From NCBI GenBank assembly GCA_010909165.1, contig MU008182.1, positions 620,001-684,000 on the forward strand: a DNA stretch of 64,000 bases, written 5' to 3'. The stretch comes from Anthoceros angustus (Eukaryota; Plantae; Anthocerotophyta). Of this stretch, positions 34,801 through 47,899 are shown piece by piece. Below the pieces are notes generated by a model. It made no database searches. It was not told where the DNA came from and saw only the letters and a program-made list of their open reading frames with translations. The translations under genes were made by a program, and so were the position numbers. How positions within the stretch are numbered: position 1 is the first letter of the stretch; each line of letters opens with the position of its first letter.

Positions 34801-37655
34801 CTACAAGCCCCGGCAGTGAGTGTTGTGGGTTGTGGGTGATGCGGGCACATTCCGAAAGGTGCCTAATCACCCTTCACCGGCGGCGATGAGTTTCATTTGT
34901 CTTTTCCATCGACGCGCCGCTTTTGTGGTGTGCACGAATGTTTGGATCACTCGGGCGGCAGGCACGCCAGAAGTGCGCTAGCGCTGAATCGCTGGGTTGT
35001 ATCACCGGGGTTCATCTCCCTTATGGGCACTGGTGGTGGTCTTGACACGACCATGCATTCACATAGTCACAATGTGGATTCATCAATGCTTGACCGTTTT
35101 CTGATTTTGCTTGTGTGTGCTTGGGCATATGTGGTCACCTGACCATCATCTGTGAAGTCAGTGGTGACTTGCCCACTCATACCACCTGATCACTGGCATT
35201 AAAGCCAGTGGTCAGGTGGCCACTCATGGCCCGTGACCAGTGGTGCTATCCGGGTGGTCACCTCCCATGAGTTCTTGGTCACGTGATCACCCGATGTGCA
35301 TTGTCCTGGTTTTAATTTCCCTCCTTGCTTCCAGATGCATTGGATTTGCCAAATTGGGAGACGATGAGTGTGCAGACCAAGGTCCAATCTTAACTGATGT
35401 TAGAGCTTGCAAGGTTATCCGATGAAGAAGCCCGTTTAGAAAAGGCATCGGAGGAGCATTCAAGTTCACTAGCAGTTTTGAGCTTTTCATTACGGCGGTG
35501 GCTATGGCAGGCGAGGTCCCTCGCAAGATCTCCCAGTCTTGGGCTTGTAGGTTAACCTACAAGCCCCGGCAGTGTGAGTGTTGTGGGTTGTGGGTGATGC
35601 GGGCACATTCGCCGAGCGAGGCTTCAGCCGACCCTTCACCGGCGAGATGAGTTTCATTTGTCTTTTCCATCGGCGTGCTTTGCTTTTGTGGTGTGCACGA
35701 ATGTTTGGATCCTATGGCGCATCGCCATGCTAGCGTTGAAGCGCTGGTTGTATCAGCACGGTTCATCCCTTATGGGCACTGGTGGTGGTGGTCTTGACAC
35801 GACCATGCATTCACATGGTCACAATGTGGATTCATCAATGCTTGACCGCTTTTTCGATTTTGCTTGTGTGCTTGGGCATATGTGGTCACGACCATCATCC
35901 GTGAAGTCGTGGTGACTTGCCCACTCATACCACACGATCAGCGGCATTAAAGCGGTGGTGGTCAACCCGTGACTGGTGCTATCCGGTGGTCACCTCCCAT
36001 GAGTTCTTGGTCACGTGATCATGTGCATTGTCCTGGTTTTAATTTCCCTCCTTGCTTCCGGATGCATTGGATTTGCCAAATTGGGAGACGATGAGTGTGC
36101 AGACCAAGGTCCAATCTTAACTGATGTTAGAGCTTGCAAGGTTATCCGATGAAGAAGCCCGTTTCACAGCAAAGGCACTGGAGGAGCATTCCAAGTTCAC
36201 TAACGTGAAGCTTGCTCTGGCTGAGCTTATTTGCTAACCGGCGGATTGCCAAAGAACGAGCGAGGTTGCTCACCTCTTGACTTTCCAAAGACGACTGCCT
36301 TGTTGCCTGCGAGGTCTAACCTACAAGGTAATTCAGGGTTACCGCAAGTTCCGCAGCCGTCGATCCGCATCATTGCGGGCGCGACTTTCGGTGATGGCGC
36401 GCCGCATAATCCGTGTCGTTGTAGGAAGAAGTCCGTTCCCAAGGGAATGATAGGTGCCGCTGCTTGTGTGCTTGGGCATATGTGGTCACGACCATCATCC
36501 GTGAAGTCGTGGTGACTTGCCCACTCATACCACACGATCAGCGGCATTAAAGCGGTGGTGGTCAACCCGTGACTGGTGCTATCCGGTGGTCACCTCCCAT
36601 GAGTTCTTGGTCACGTGATCATGTGCATTGTCCTGGTTTTAATTTCCCTCCTTGCTTCCGGATGCATTGGATTTGCCAAATTGAGACGATGAGTGTGCGG
36701 ACCAAGGTCCAATCTTAAGCGATGTTAGAGCTTGCAAGGTTATCCAGATGAAGAAGCCCGTTTAGAAAAGGCATCGGAGGAGCATTCAAGTTCACTAACG
36801 TGAAGCTTGCCGTGAGCTTATTTGCTAACCGGCGGATTGCCAAAGAACGAGCGAGGTTGCTCACCTCTTGACTTTCCAAAGACGACTGCCTTGTTGCCTG
36901 CGAGGTCTAACCTACAAGGTAATTCAGGGTTACCGCAAGTTCCGCAGCCGTCGATCCGCATCATTGCGGGCGCGACTTTCGGTGATGGCGCGCCGCATAA
37001 TCCGTGTCGTTGTAGGAAGAAGTCCGTTCCCAAGGGAATGATAGGTGCCGCTGCTTGTGTGCTTGGGCATATGTGGTCACGACCATCATCCGTGAAGTCG
37101 TGGTGACTTGCCCACTCATACCACACGATCAGCGGCATTAAAGCGGTGGTGGTCAACCCGTGACTGGTGCTATCCGGTGGTCACCTCCCATGAGTTCTTG
37201 GTCACGTGATCATGTGCATTGTCCTGGTTTTAATTTCCCTCCTTGCTTCCGGATGCATTGGATTTGCCAAATTGGGAGGCGATGAGTGTGTACCAAGGTC
37301 CAATCTTAAGCGATGTTAGAGCTTGCAAGGTTATCCAGATGAAGAAGCCGTTCACGGCAAAACCTTGGAGGAGCATTCCAAGTTCACTAACGTGAAGCTT
37401 GCCTGGCTGAGCTTATTTGTACAATGGCGGATGGCGACCAAGCAAAAACGAAGCGAGGTTGCTCACCTCTTGACTTTCCAAAGACTGCCTTGTTGCCTTC
37501 TGCGAGGTCTAACCTACACAAGGTAATTTCGGTTCACGCGAGAAATTGCTGATAGCCGTTCGATCCTGAGCTGTGGCGCGACTTTCGGTGATGGCGCGCC
37601 ACAATCCGTGTCGTTGTAGGAAGAAGTCCGTTCCCAAGGGAATGATAGGCTCCGT
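34710..37655. repeat. Nested local tandem duplications: a ~0.76 kb pair (~34711-35472, ~35473-36200) and a 591-bp period array (36227-36817, 36818-37408, noisy third copy)
   Basis: Identical 112-aa and 94-aa ORF calls are offset by exactly 591 bp. The unit includes flank plus the first ~80 bp of the adjacent LTR. Confidence 0.85.
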
Positions 37656-40600
37656 TTTCGTTTGGTGATTCTTACCTCGCTGCGCCGTTCAGCCTCAACG
37701 CACACATACGCCTAACTACTCGCAACTCAGACAGCCCTGTATGGCCAAACGCTTAGGGACCTGTCGTCCGTGATTGCGCTCACATTCGCCACTCACACTT
37801 CCACCCTTCCTCTCTCCACTCACGCTACACTCATCGCCTTAGGGAAAGACGCTGGTTACATGGCCCGACCTCCTCCGCTGCTCCGCCGGCCTCCGTCCGG
37901 CTCAGACGCCTCCCGAGTTCCTCCGGCCACACGCCCACTCGGCCGGGTCGCGGCTCCGGACGAGCACGGGTCACCAGTCACCCTTCCCTGCACACACCAC
38001 AACACGTTAGGTCCGTCACCAGGACCCTGATCAATCTCCCCGGAGCTGTCGTGCCTGCTCAGTGACTCAGGACTCACGTTAGCAAGAAGACACACAAAGG
38101 TCTGCAAGAACGCGGCATCAACACCAAGAGAAAGATGATTTATTCAGAGCGGCCTTAGCCCTCTTATACTACGCCGAAGGTCGGCGCCTTTATTACACCT
38201 CTATTCTGAGCTGAGGGCCAGCTCAGGGTGCCCTAACCGGCCGCCTACTATCCTCCCTATTCCGCCTATCGCCGCCGTCGGTGGTGGGGCTGGGATGGCC
38301 CCTGATTCCTTCTTGGCACCGGCGGCCCAAAGCCGAGCTCGCTGTCATGCAAGCACCCAATCGGATGATCCGCGAGGCGGACCCTTCCTCTTCCCGAGGG
38401 TCTCAGCCGCGCCACCGGCGGCCTCGACAACGGCTCACCACCAAGTCTTCCTCGTCCTCCCTCCCTCTTCTCTCTCGCGGCCTCGCGCAGGGCCTCCAAG
38501 GGCCGGATCTTGGGGGGTGACCGTGGCTCTCCCCACTCCCGAGTTTGGACCTCGGGACCACTGTCTCGACTCGGTCCGGACCTCTAGGTCGGTCTTCCCT
38601 CTGGTCCGGTCTCCTCCGGGTCCGGCCTCCGCCTATTCTTCCTCGAGTCCGGACCTCGGGTCCGGACCTCGGGTCCGGCCTGACCCAACCCTTCCTCGGG
38701 GTCCGGACCTCGTGGTCCGGACTACTAGAGTCTGGATCCCTAAGTCCAGATTTCCTTGGGGCCGGACCTCGGGATCGGCCTTTCCTCGAGTCCGGACAAA
38801 GTCCGACCTCGTGCCCCGGCATGCCTCACCGGCTGGTCACGGGTTCATCCACCGAGCCTCCTTGGTTCCCGAATGCCCGGTTGCACCTTTCCTTCCTCCA
38901 AGATCCTCCCTCTTCCTTCCATGCGAGGGTGCCGAGGCTTCCTGTGGCGCCCTTCCTCCTCCTCCTCCTCACGGCTTCCTCCGGCCACATCAAACAACGC
39001 CCTAGGACTCCTGTGCAGGCTGTCCGGGTCCGCCCTCTCTCGCCTCCTCCTTCCATCCTTCCGAAGTCCACCTCCCGCCTAGGGTGGCGCAGACCTCGAG
39101 CCTTGAGGAGCTCTGGTAGTAGGCGAAGTCGGAATCGACTTGAATCGCCTCCTCCACATGAGCCCGAGCACCTGCATTCCTCCTCCAGAGGTGCTCCAGA
39201 ATCAGGCCGCCACCCGGTGCCTGCGGCTGCTACCAGGCGGGCGGACTCCCTTGAGGCCGTCAAGGCTGCCTCCGCTACCTCTTGCAACCTTCGCCGCCGA
39301 CGCTCTCCTCCTCCCGTTGTTCCAGCCCGCCATATGGGCCATGGAGCCGAGCTCCTTCTGCCTCGCAACCGGACGAGCAATCGAGCCTCTCCTCCAAGGC
39401 TTTCTTCCTCCGCCTATTCTTTCCGGAGGTCCTCCACTTCCTTCTCCAGGCGGGCGGTATCCCGTCAGGCTCACGGCTTCCTCCACATCCTGCTGCAACC
39501 TTGCGACGCCGAACTCCTTGCACTGCCGCCATTCTCCTCCGCTGCGGAGCTGGAGGCGCCACCTCTCGTCAAGTCTTGGATTCTCTCGTTGAGAACCCGC
39601 CCGATGCATCTTGGAGTTGCAACTCCAAGGTGTCCTTCTTGTCCGCCTCCCGCCGCCCTTCTACCTCCTGCTGCACTCGAGGTCCCCAATCTCCCGGGTC
39701 TTGGCCTCCGATGCCTCCTCACGGCCTGCGGCTTGCTCATGCCACTTGCTCGGCCTTGATTGGCCGGCTCTCGCCGCCTCCACCGGCCCGATCACGCCGA
39801 GTGATCGCGATCGGCCTGCCGAGGCCTCCGCCACCTTCACCGAGCCTCCAGCCTTGGCTCGTCCGGCTGCCTCCGCCAGATCCCGCCGCTGCGCCGGCCT
39901 CCGCCTCCTCCGCCTCCTCCGCTCAGAGGTCCTCCTTGGGCCTCGCTCACTGCTCCTCCACCAAGGAATTTGGTCCGTCCTGCGATGGACCTCTCCTCCC
40001 GCCCGCTTCCTTCCTCAATCCGAGCCGAGCCTCCTTCCGCCTCCTCCTCCTCCCCTGCCTCAGTTACCTCTTGCAACCTTGCTGCGCTCGGCGTTCTCCT
40101 CCTCCCGTCGTTGTTCCCTCATGATTCGAGCCATGGGTGAGCTCCCCTTCACTTCCTGGCCGGACGAGCAGCTGTAGCCTCTCCTCCGGTGCTTTCTTCC
40201 CGTCTATTCTTTCCGGAGGTCCTCCACTTCCTTCTCCAGGCGGGCGGTATCCCGTCAGGCTCACGGCTTCCTCCACATCCTGCTGCAACCTTGCGGCGTC
40301 GAACTCCTTGCACGCCTATTCTCCTCCGTCTTCAAGCGGAGGCGTTCTACCTCTCGCTCGAAGTCTTGGATTCTCTCGTTGAGAACCCCTGCTTTCCGTG
40401 CATCTTGGGTTGCAACTCCAAGGTGTCCTTCTTGTCCTCCTCCACCGCCCTTCTACCTCCTGCGGTGCACCACAGGGTCCCCAATCTCCCGGGTCTTCTC
40501 GGCCATCCCAAGACCCTGAGCATACCGTCCATGACGGTAGCAGACCGCCGTGTTTCCTCCACGGCCGCTGAGGCTCCCAAAGTCCGGGAGCGGCATCTCA

Positions 40601-42963
40601 CGGTCCGTGGGACCTCCATACCCCCGAGCAAGTCCGGACTGGGTTCTCGGACAATCGGGACCCTTAGGTCCCGAGTGTCCGAGCTTCCCCTCCTTGGCCC
40701 TTTTGGCGCGAGCTCCTTCTCGCCCTTTTCTCCGGGCTCGGAGGTGATGGAGTCCGGAGCACGCCTTTGCCCCTTCCTTCTCCAGGCGGGCGGTATCCCG
40801 TCAGGCTCACGGCTCGGCCGCCTCCGCCTCCTCCGCCTCGCCTCCTCACGGCTTCCTCCGCTTCCTCGCCTCCATCGCTTCCTCCGCAGGAAGAGGTACT
40901 GCACCGACCGGGTGCCGCGCCAGGTAGCCGTGGTCTTGCGTCTCTTGGCTCTCTCGGCCGCCTCCGCGGGCCTCACCGAGTGATGGCCGTGGCGGGGGGC
41001 TGGGGTCGGGCGCTTCTGCTGGGTGGCTGGTTGGGGCACGGAAGGAGGGAGGCGGAATTGCTTCCCATACTTCCTGGGTGGTGAGGGGTCCGCTGCAGTA
41101 TGGAGTCCGGAATCCCTCCGCCTCCTCCCGAGTCCGCTTTGGTCGACCGCCTCCTCCCTCCGGCGCCCTTGCCGCTCCACTTCCGGCTCCAGCCCTTTTC
41201 CGAGCGCTCAAGCTCCTTCTCGCCCTTTTCTCACAGGGCTCGGCGGAGGTGATGGAGTCAGGAGCACGCCCTTTGCCCCTTCACCGGCGGGGCCGGCTCT
41301 GGATCTGCTGCCGGTGTCCTCCTGCTCCACACAGGCGTCCTTCGCCCTCCTTCTCCTCCTTCTTGCCACTCGTCGGCGGGGAAGCTTGCGCACCGGCGGG
41401 GCCGCGTTGTGCGTTGTGGCGTGGTCTTGCGTCTCTTGGCTCTCTCACAGTCAGGGGCTCCTCGGTAGGAGTGATGGGATGTGAGGCTGGGGTCGGGCGC
41501 TTCTGTGGGTGCTGGTTGGGGCACGGAAGGAGGGAGGCGGGTGCTTCCCATACTTCCACAGGTGGTGAGGGGTCCGTTCAGGGCGTATGGAGTCAGGAAT
41601 CCTCAGTCGTCCTCCTCCGAGTCCGGGGCGCCGGCCTCCTCCCTCCGGCGCCCTTGCCGCTCCACTTGGCGGGGCCTCAGGTCCTTTCGGGCGCTCGCTC
41701 AAGCTCTCCTTCCTTGAGGAGTTCAAATGCCCCATACATGGATCGTATGGGACAGCCAGATGGCGAAGGCTTCTCGGTCTGAGCTTGCGAGCCTCGCTAA
41801 AGGCGAAGATAATCCTTCCCGGTCGCCCTCTTCCCAGCTGCGGTAGCGTGCGGGAACACCAATAGATTATCACCAAGGTGATCCACCTTGGTGAGTAGGT
41901 TCCGTGACAATGATCCGGCCACCGCCTCGACTCGACCGTCCAATGTGTCGGATATCGCCCAACCACAGGTCCGCTGCCCTGTGCCTTAGCATCGCTGGTC
42001 GGCCCTATCTTCCCTTCGCCTTGAGGGGCCCGCACCACTCCCCTCTTCCTCCTTGGGGCGGTTGTAGGCCCCAGACCTCCAAGGTCCATCGCCTTGGGTC
42101 CTCCGGAGGTTCTTGGACCGCACCTCCTTATTGACCGCCAAGATCTTCGGGCAAACTCCGGACGGTGACACTATCAAATGTCCGACCATTTGGAACACAT
42201 CCAAATGCCACTCCGCACCAATTCTCCGCCTCGGAGCGAGCCCAAAGTCCGGATAGCGCCGGTCACAATGTTGCGCTCCACAAGGTTCCATGGCTCCCAA
42301 ACTTCCTGGGCTTTTGGGTGCCATCGCCTTCTCCTCCCTTGTCAGAGCTTGGAGATCGGCCGGGCACGCTGCGCCTTCTTCGCCGCCTCCGACCTCAACG
42401 GTGAGCCAAGACGCCGAGTGTCCCACGAGATACCGCCAGAGAGCCGGATCGGAGCGCAAGAGATCGCGAGAATTGTCTCGAGGTCCGAAAATGACCTTCT
42501 TCCGCGACCACGCCGGAGTAACGGGCGGAGGGCGCCTCGTCCAGAATCGCGAGGTCCGCATGGCTTACTCGCCCTACGCCCGACCGCCTTACGCTGCCAG
42601 CTGCTACGCCGCCAGCGGCTCTACGCCGCACCGCGCGGGCGTGAATCTATAACGGCCTCGCAAGGTTACGGCCCCGACCACTGCATGCCCGTCCTCCACT
42701 CGTGGTCGCCCACGTGGCGCCGCCTAGTCCGCCCCACGCCCAACTTCTAAGTTACCGGCGATTTATCCCGCCTGGTCCCGGAGTGGGTCCGGACTTATCC
42801 TGCTACCGCCCGCCATCGTAGGTCGGTACGCCTCACTCCGAGTCCGAGTATACTCCGAGTGCCCGAGTGCTAACCGTGCTTATTTCCCCTTTTCGCCTCA
42901 TTTTATCCTTCTCACAAAAACAAACCCTACCTAATTTCTAACCCCGGAAGTCCGTAGTCCACA
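37572..42963 (-). repeat. 3' LTR (~5.4 kb)
   Basis: Plus strand starts TGTGGCGCGACTTTC and ends TCCGTAGTCCACA; both ends match 51680 and 56643. TATAAG (38163-38168) and AATAAA (38139-38144, 38189-38194) lie on the minus strand. Confidence 0.88.
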
Positions 42964-42978
42964 TACTCCCTTCTCACC
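42964..42978 (-). promoter_or_regulatory. Polypurine tract
   Basis: Minus strand GGTGAGAAGGGAGTA lies immediately before the 3' LTR. Confidence 0.85.
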
Positions 42979-42989
42979 GCTGCCTCCGC

Positions 42990-44050
42990 CAACACTAAGC
43001 GTGTACTTTTTCACCCGCCACCGCTTCACCCGAGTGGGCGGTTCACCATCCAAGCTGCGAACGGACCCATTGGGGTATACCCGACGACTTGGTAAGGCCC
43101 CATCCATCGAGGTGGAGTTTACAGGAAGTGCATATGTCGGTCCGTAAAGGAGGCGGATCTCCTCCTTCACATACTCCCGATTCCTAAGGCGCTATCATGC
43201 CAGTTGATTCTGCATGCTTGCATTGCTGTTGCGCCTCTTCCTCCCTCCGTATCGACAAACCCTAGCAACCGCTCCAGTTGGCTCTCTTCATCCGTTAAGC
43301 GCCTTTCCATCATGACCCGGAGTGTTGGCACCTCAAACTCGACCGGCATAACGGGTGAGTGCCCATAGGTCAGATAATACGGAGTTCGTTGCGTGGTTAC
43401 CTTCTCTGCCGTTCTGAACGCCCATAGCGCCGATGGCAGCTTTGTATCCCAGTCGTGCGCATAGTTAACCGTCAGCTTATTGAGGATGCGGCAGATAAGT
43501 CCATTGGTCTTCTCGTCATCCGCTTGGCCTTTGTAGGGGCGTTTACGATGTGATGCGAAATAGTCCGTCATTGCGCTTATCACATCATTGAGGAAATGGG
43601 TTCCCCTATCGCTACACAACGGACACCCATACCTTGTGATGATGTTTTCAGAGAGGAATTTGGCCACCGTGCTCGCAGAGTCCGCTCTAGCGACCGCCCA
43701 ACCCACCGTGCTCGCAGAGTCCGCTGCCACCAAGATGTACCGCTGTGTGTGCCCGGTCGGTGATAGGTCCAACGTCGATGCCCCATTTCTCAAAAGGCGC
43801 TAGTGCTAGTATGGGCACTAACGGCCATTGAGTTGTGGCGGCCGGCTTCCCGATCCGCCGACAAGCATCACACTTCTTCACAATTGGTGTGTTTCCCCAT
43901 ACATGGTGGGCCACCACTCACCTCCAAGATTTTCTTGGTGGTGACTCACGCATAATGTCCACCACCTAGTCCTTCGTGCATCCCTTTATTACCACCTCCG
44001 CTCACTGGAGGTACCTTCGTTCCACACCGTCGCCCTACCTTAAAGATGCA
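42990..44050 (-). pseudogene. Integrase, frameshifted
   Basis: Zn-binding HYA...CDAC, APFEKWGID, SDRGTHF, WDTKLPSALWAFRTA...TPYYLTYG, and GPY/F-like C-terminus VYPNGSV...RVKKY. Confidence 0.9.
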
Positions 44051-44099
44051 ACTGCTATACAACCGGAAAGGGCGAGCGAGTGCACAAAGGCTGCCACTG

Positions 44100-47050
44100 G
44101 AGTTCGATTCGTTGGGTAGCTCCATCTCCCATAGGTACTGCCCAACTCTGAAGAGGGCCGCCCGCCTCCTTCTCTCCACTGGGTCCATTGTCACCCTTGG
44201 GTTTGTCCGTGCTCCTCTACCTCCTCTATCCGCCACCAATTCCTCATCCGGAAGGCGTCCTCTTGATCCTGCAGAGGACAGTCTCCTTTAACTAAGAAGT
44301 CGGCGTTTGGTGTTGCCTTGCCTAGTCTCCACCTCAAATGTGAACTCCAGCAATAATCCACCTCGCACCGTCCGACAAGTCCGCCTTGTTCACCAAATGC
44401 TTGAGTGATGATCAACATAGAACACAAACTCGGAAGGTATAGTGTCTCGAATTTCTTAACGGCGATACCATTCCCAATGCCTCTCGCTCCGTAGTGTACC
44501 TCCGTTCGCGCGTGAGCTGTCTTCCAGTAGTAGATTGGGTGATCCCTCCGTTTCACTTTGTTGGGTACCTTCGTTCCACCCATCTACCTTAAAGATGCAG
44601 TTATACTGATAGGAAAAGGCGGCGTAGTGCACAAAGGCACCCGGGACCCGGTTCGATTCGTTGGGTAGCTCCATCTCCCATAGGTACCGTTCCAACTCCG
44701 CGTAAGAGCCCCTGCGTCGCTCCCCCTCCTACGCGTGGGTCCATTGTTCCGGCTTGGGTTTGTCATTTGCTCCTCTACCTCCTCCTCTATCAGCGCCACC
44801 AATTCCTCATCAGGGCGTCCTCTTGATCCTGCGGGCGGGCTCGTCTTTAATCTGGATAAGAAGTCGGCGTTTGGTGTTGCCTTGCCTAGTCTCCACCTCA
44901 AATGTGAACTCCTGGCAGAATCCACCTGATTCGTCCAGGACAAGTGCCTTGTTCACCAAATGCTTGGTGCAGTGATCAACATAGAACACAAACTCATTGG
45001 GCGGAAGGTAGTGTCGAATTTCTTAACGTATACCATTCCCAATGCCTCTCGCTCCGTAGTGTACCTCCGTTCGCGTCGTGTCATCTTAGTAGATTGGGTG
45101 ATCCCTCGTTTATCATCTTTTGATCGAGCACTACCGATGGCGAAGGCGGACACATCCACGCATACACATGGAATCGCTTCCCGGTCCGGTCCTTTGAGTC
45201 ACCGACTGTGAGTGGTCTGGAGGTCTCGAATGCCGCCTCCCTTCGGCGTCGGTCCATTCCTCCTCCTTCCCGAGTAGCTCTTAGCTCGGAGGCCCGCTTT
45301 GCAAAATCTTGTATGAAACGCCTATAGTAACCCACCATGCCTGTGAATCGTAACTCCTTCAAGTTCGTTGGCGGTCAGGGATGGATGACTTTCACCTTGT
45401 CTTGGTCCACCTCTATCCCTCTTACCGGCACTCGGCCCCAACAAGATTCCTCCTCATGCCAAGTAGCACTTCTCGGATGCGAGCTTGAGTCTCCTACATC
45501 GCTCCAAACACTTCCAAATGTCCCACGTGTTTGTCCTCCTCTCGTGCACAGAAGTCGTCCAAGAACACCTCCATGAAGTCCCTCGAATTCCGGAAGACAT
45601 TGGTCACCATCCGCATAAATGATCCGGTGCTCTGTCATCCCAAGGCACTCCGTTTGTAGGCAAACGTCCCCACTCCGTGGTGAATGTTGTCTTATCCAGA
45701 CTCCTTAGGTGTAATCGGTTGTAGCCGGAGTAGCCGGGCCCAAGAAGGAGTAGGTACTCCGCCACCTTGTCCAAAGATGGCCCACAAAGGGCATGGGAAA
45801 TGGTCCTTCCGTGGCGGCGTTAAGCTTTCTCCCCGAGAAATCGCCTGCCGCTTCTTGACGACCACAATGGGCGCCACCCACTCACTGTTACGATTGGGAA
45901 GATGATGTCCGCTTCGATACTTATCCAGACTTCCTTGACCTTGAGCGAGTGCTTGGGATTCGACACGCTAATCCAAACAGCACCGCCTCCGCTTCAGATC
46001 TATCCGGTGTTCGCCTTGTTTGAATGCCTTTCATATCCGTGACCTTGAAAGCAAACACCAGAATTCCCCAACAAGTGTGAGGTCTCGTTTAACCCTCGGC
46101 ATGCCCTTGCGAATTTGAGGAATTCCGGGCGAACCTCCACGTCTTCCACATCGTCGGTTGCCTCCCTTTCGTCGGTCCATTCCTCCTCCTTCTGAGTAGC
46201 TCAGAGCACGGAGGCCCGCTTTGCAAAATCTTGTATGAAAGCGCCTATAGTAACCCACCATGCCCGGGGAATCCCGTAACTCCTTCAAGTTCGTTGGTGG
46301 GCTGCGAGGGTGGATGACTTTCACCTTGTCTTGGTCCACCTCTATCCCTCTTACACTCGGTGCCCCAACAAGATTCCTCATGCAGTAGCACTTCTCGGGA
46401 TGCGAGCAGTTGAGTCTCCTACATCGTTCCAAACACTTCCATGTCACGTGTTTGTCCTCCTCTCGTGCACAAGTCGTCAAGAACACCTCCATGAAGTCCC
46501 TCGAATTCCGGAAGACATTGGTCACCATCGCATAAATGATCCGGGTGCTCTGTCATCCGAAGGCACTCCGTTTGTAGGCAAGCGTCCCCACTCCGTGGTG
46601 AATGTTGTCTTATCGGTCAGGCTCCCTTAGGTGTATGGCGGTTGTGGCCAGATGGCCGTCAAGAAGGAGTAGGTACTCCGCCACCTTGTCCGATATATGT
46701 CCACAAAGGGCATGGGAAATGGTCCTTTTTGTGGCGGCGTTAAGCTTTCTCCGATCTGCGGACGAATCGCCCTGCGCTTCTTGACGACCACAATGGGCGC
46801 CACCCACTCCTTTATTTACGATTGGGAAGATGATGTCGCTTCGGATACTTATCCGGGACTTCCTTGACCTTGGCGAGTGCTTGGGATTGATTTATCTTGC
46901 CTAATCCGAGCAGCAGCTCAGCTCTATCCGGTGTTTTGCTTGTTTGAATGCCTTTCATATCCGTGACCTTGAAAGCAAACACCCGGCCCAACAACAAGCG
47001 TGAGGTCTCGTTTAACCCTCGGCATGCCCTTGCGAATTTGAGGAATTTCC
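44100..47050 (-). pseudogene. Reverse transcriptase and RNase H, frameshifted and partly duplicated
   Basis: APIVVVKK, RKLNAATK.DHFP, FMEVFL(DD), GIEVDQDKVKVI, FTGMVGYYRRFIQDFAK, D.SAFAIG and YTTEREALGMVY..KKF. Confidence 0.9.
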
Positions 47051-47499
47051 AGGCGAACCTCCACGTCTTCCACATCGTCGGGTTGAGTCTCCCTTTCTCT
47101 TCTTGCCGCTCGTCCAAGCCGTCCTCCATCCAGGTTCATCTTCACGCATTCCCCACTCCAAAGAGCTCGTCAAGTGAAGGTTACTTCCTCGTACTTCCCG
47201 CCCCTCTCGCTGGACCCTCCTCTTGATTGCCTTCCCGGCTCTTGTTCCGCGAGTCCACCCTAAAACAATCGATGACCTCCTCGTCCACCTCCGCTCCAAA
47301 GGCGTCCCTCCGGTAATCCATCTCCTCCTCTGACCACGTGATTTTGGGGAAAGGGTAGTCCTCATTCGTATCCTCGCGTTCATCGTCCCCACTGTCTTCG
47401 GCGGAGGTGTACCCCTCTGTGGTGCTGACGGTTTCACCACAGTATGTGTCCTTACTCCAGGTAATCGCTACCCGTCCTTCCCTCACCTTCGGATCCCAG

Positions 47500-47800
47500 T
47501 CCACTGGCTTGAAGTGTATTTCCTTCCGTCCGAAGTGTAGTTTTGTCTGAGCGAGGCCCAGCCAAGGCCGCCCCAACAGGACCTCATACCCCAGAGGTCC
47601 GGCGGGTCTGATGACGACAAAATCTAATGTATAGGGGGCTCCCGCTATGGTGGCTTGGACTCCGGACAACTCCTGGCGCCGCATACATGTCCGCCATCCC
47701 GAGGGTTTTGGTGGATGGCTCAAGGTGGTGAACCCCGGCCGTCTTGCGGTGGCCTCGGTGATGAGGTTCACTCGACCCCGTATCTAGAGGCACGTTTTAA
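47500..47800 (-). pseudogene. Aspartic protease; duplicated copy ~49400-49600
   Basis: VPLDTGS followed by VNLITEA, and YTLDFVVI...YEVLLGRPWL. Confidence 0.85.
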
Positions 47801-47899
47801 TTACACACCCGCAATTTCCACTGCACCATGGGCGCCTGTGGTCCGTATGATACGACCCTTACCTCCACGTTCTTGCCCTTAGGACCAAGGAGTTCCGCG

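Noticed and set aside
36227-37156. Duplicated 112-aa and 94-aa ORFs
   Set aside because: They span a chimeric flank/LTR junction, so they cannot be an evolved gene.
38266-42750. Numerous long plus-strand Pro/Ser/Leu/Arg ORFs in the LTRs
   Set aside because: Expected from GC-rich, CCT-rich sequence antisense to the minus-strand ORF; not consistent between the LTR copies.
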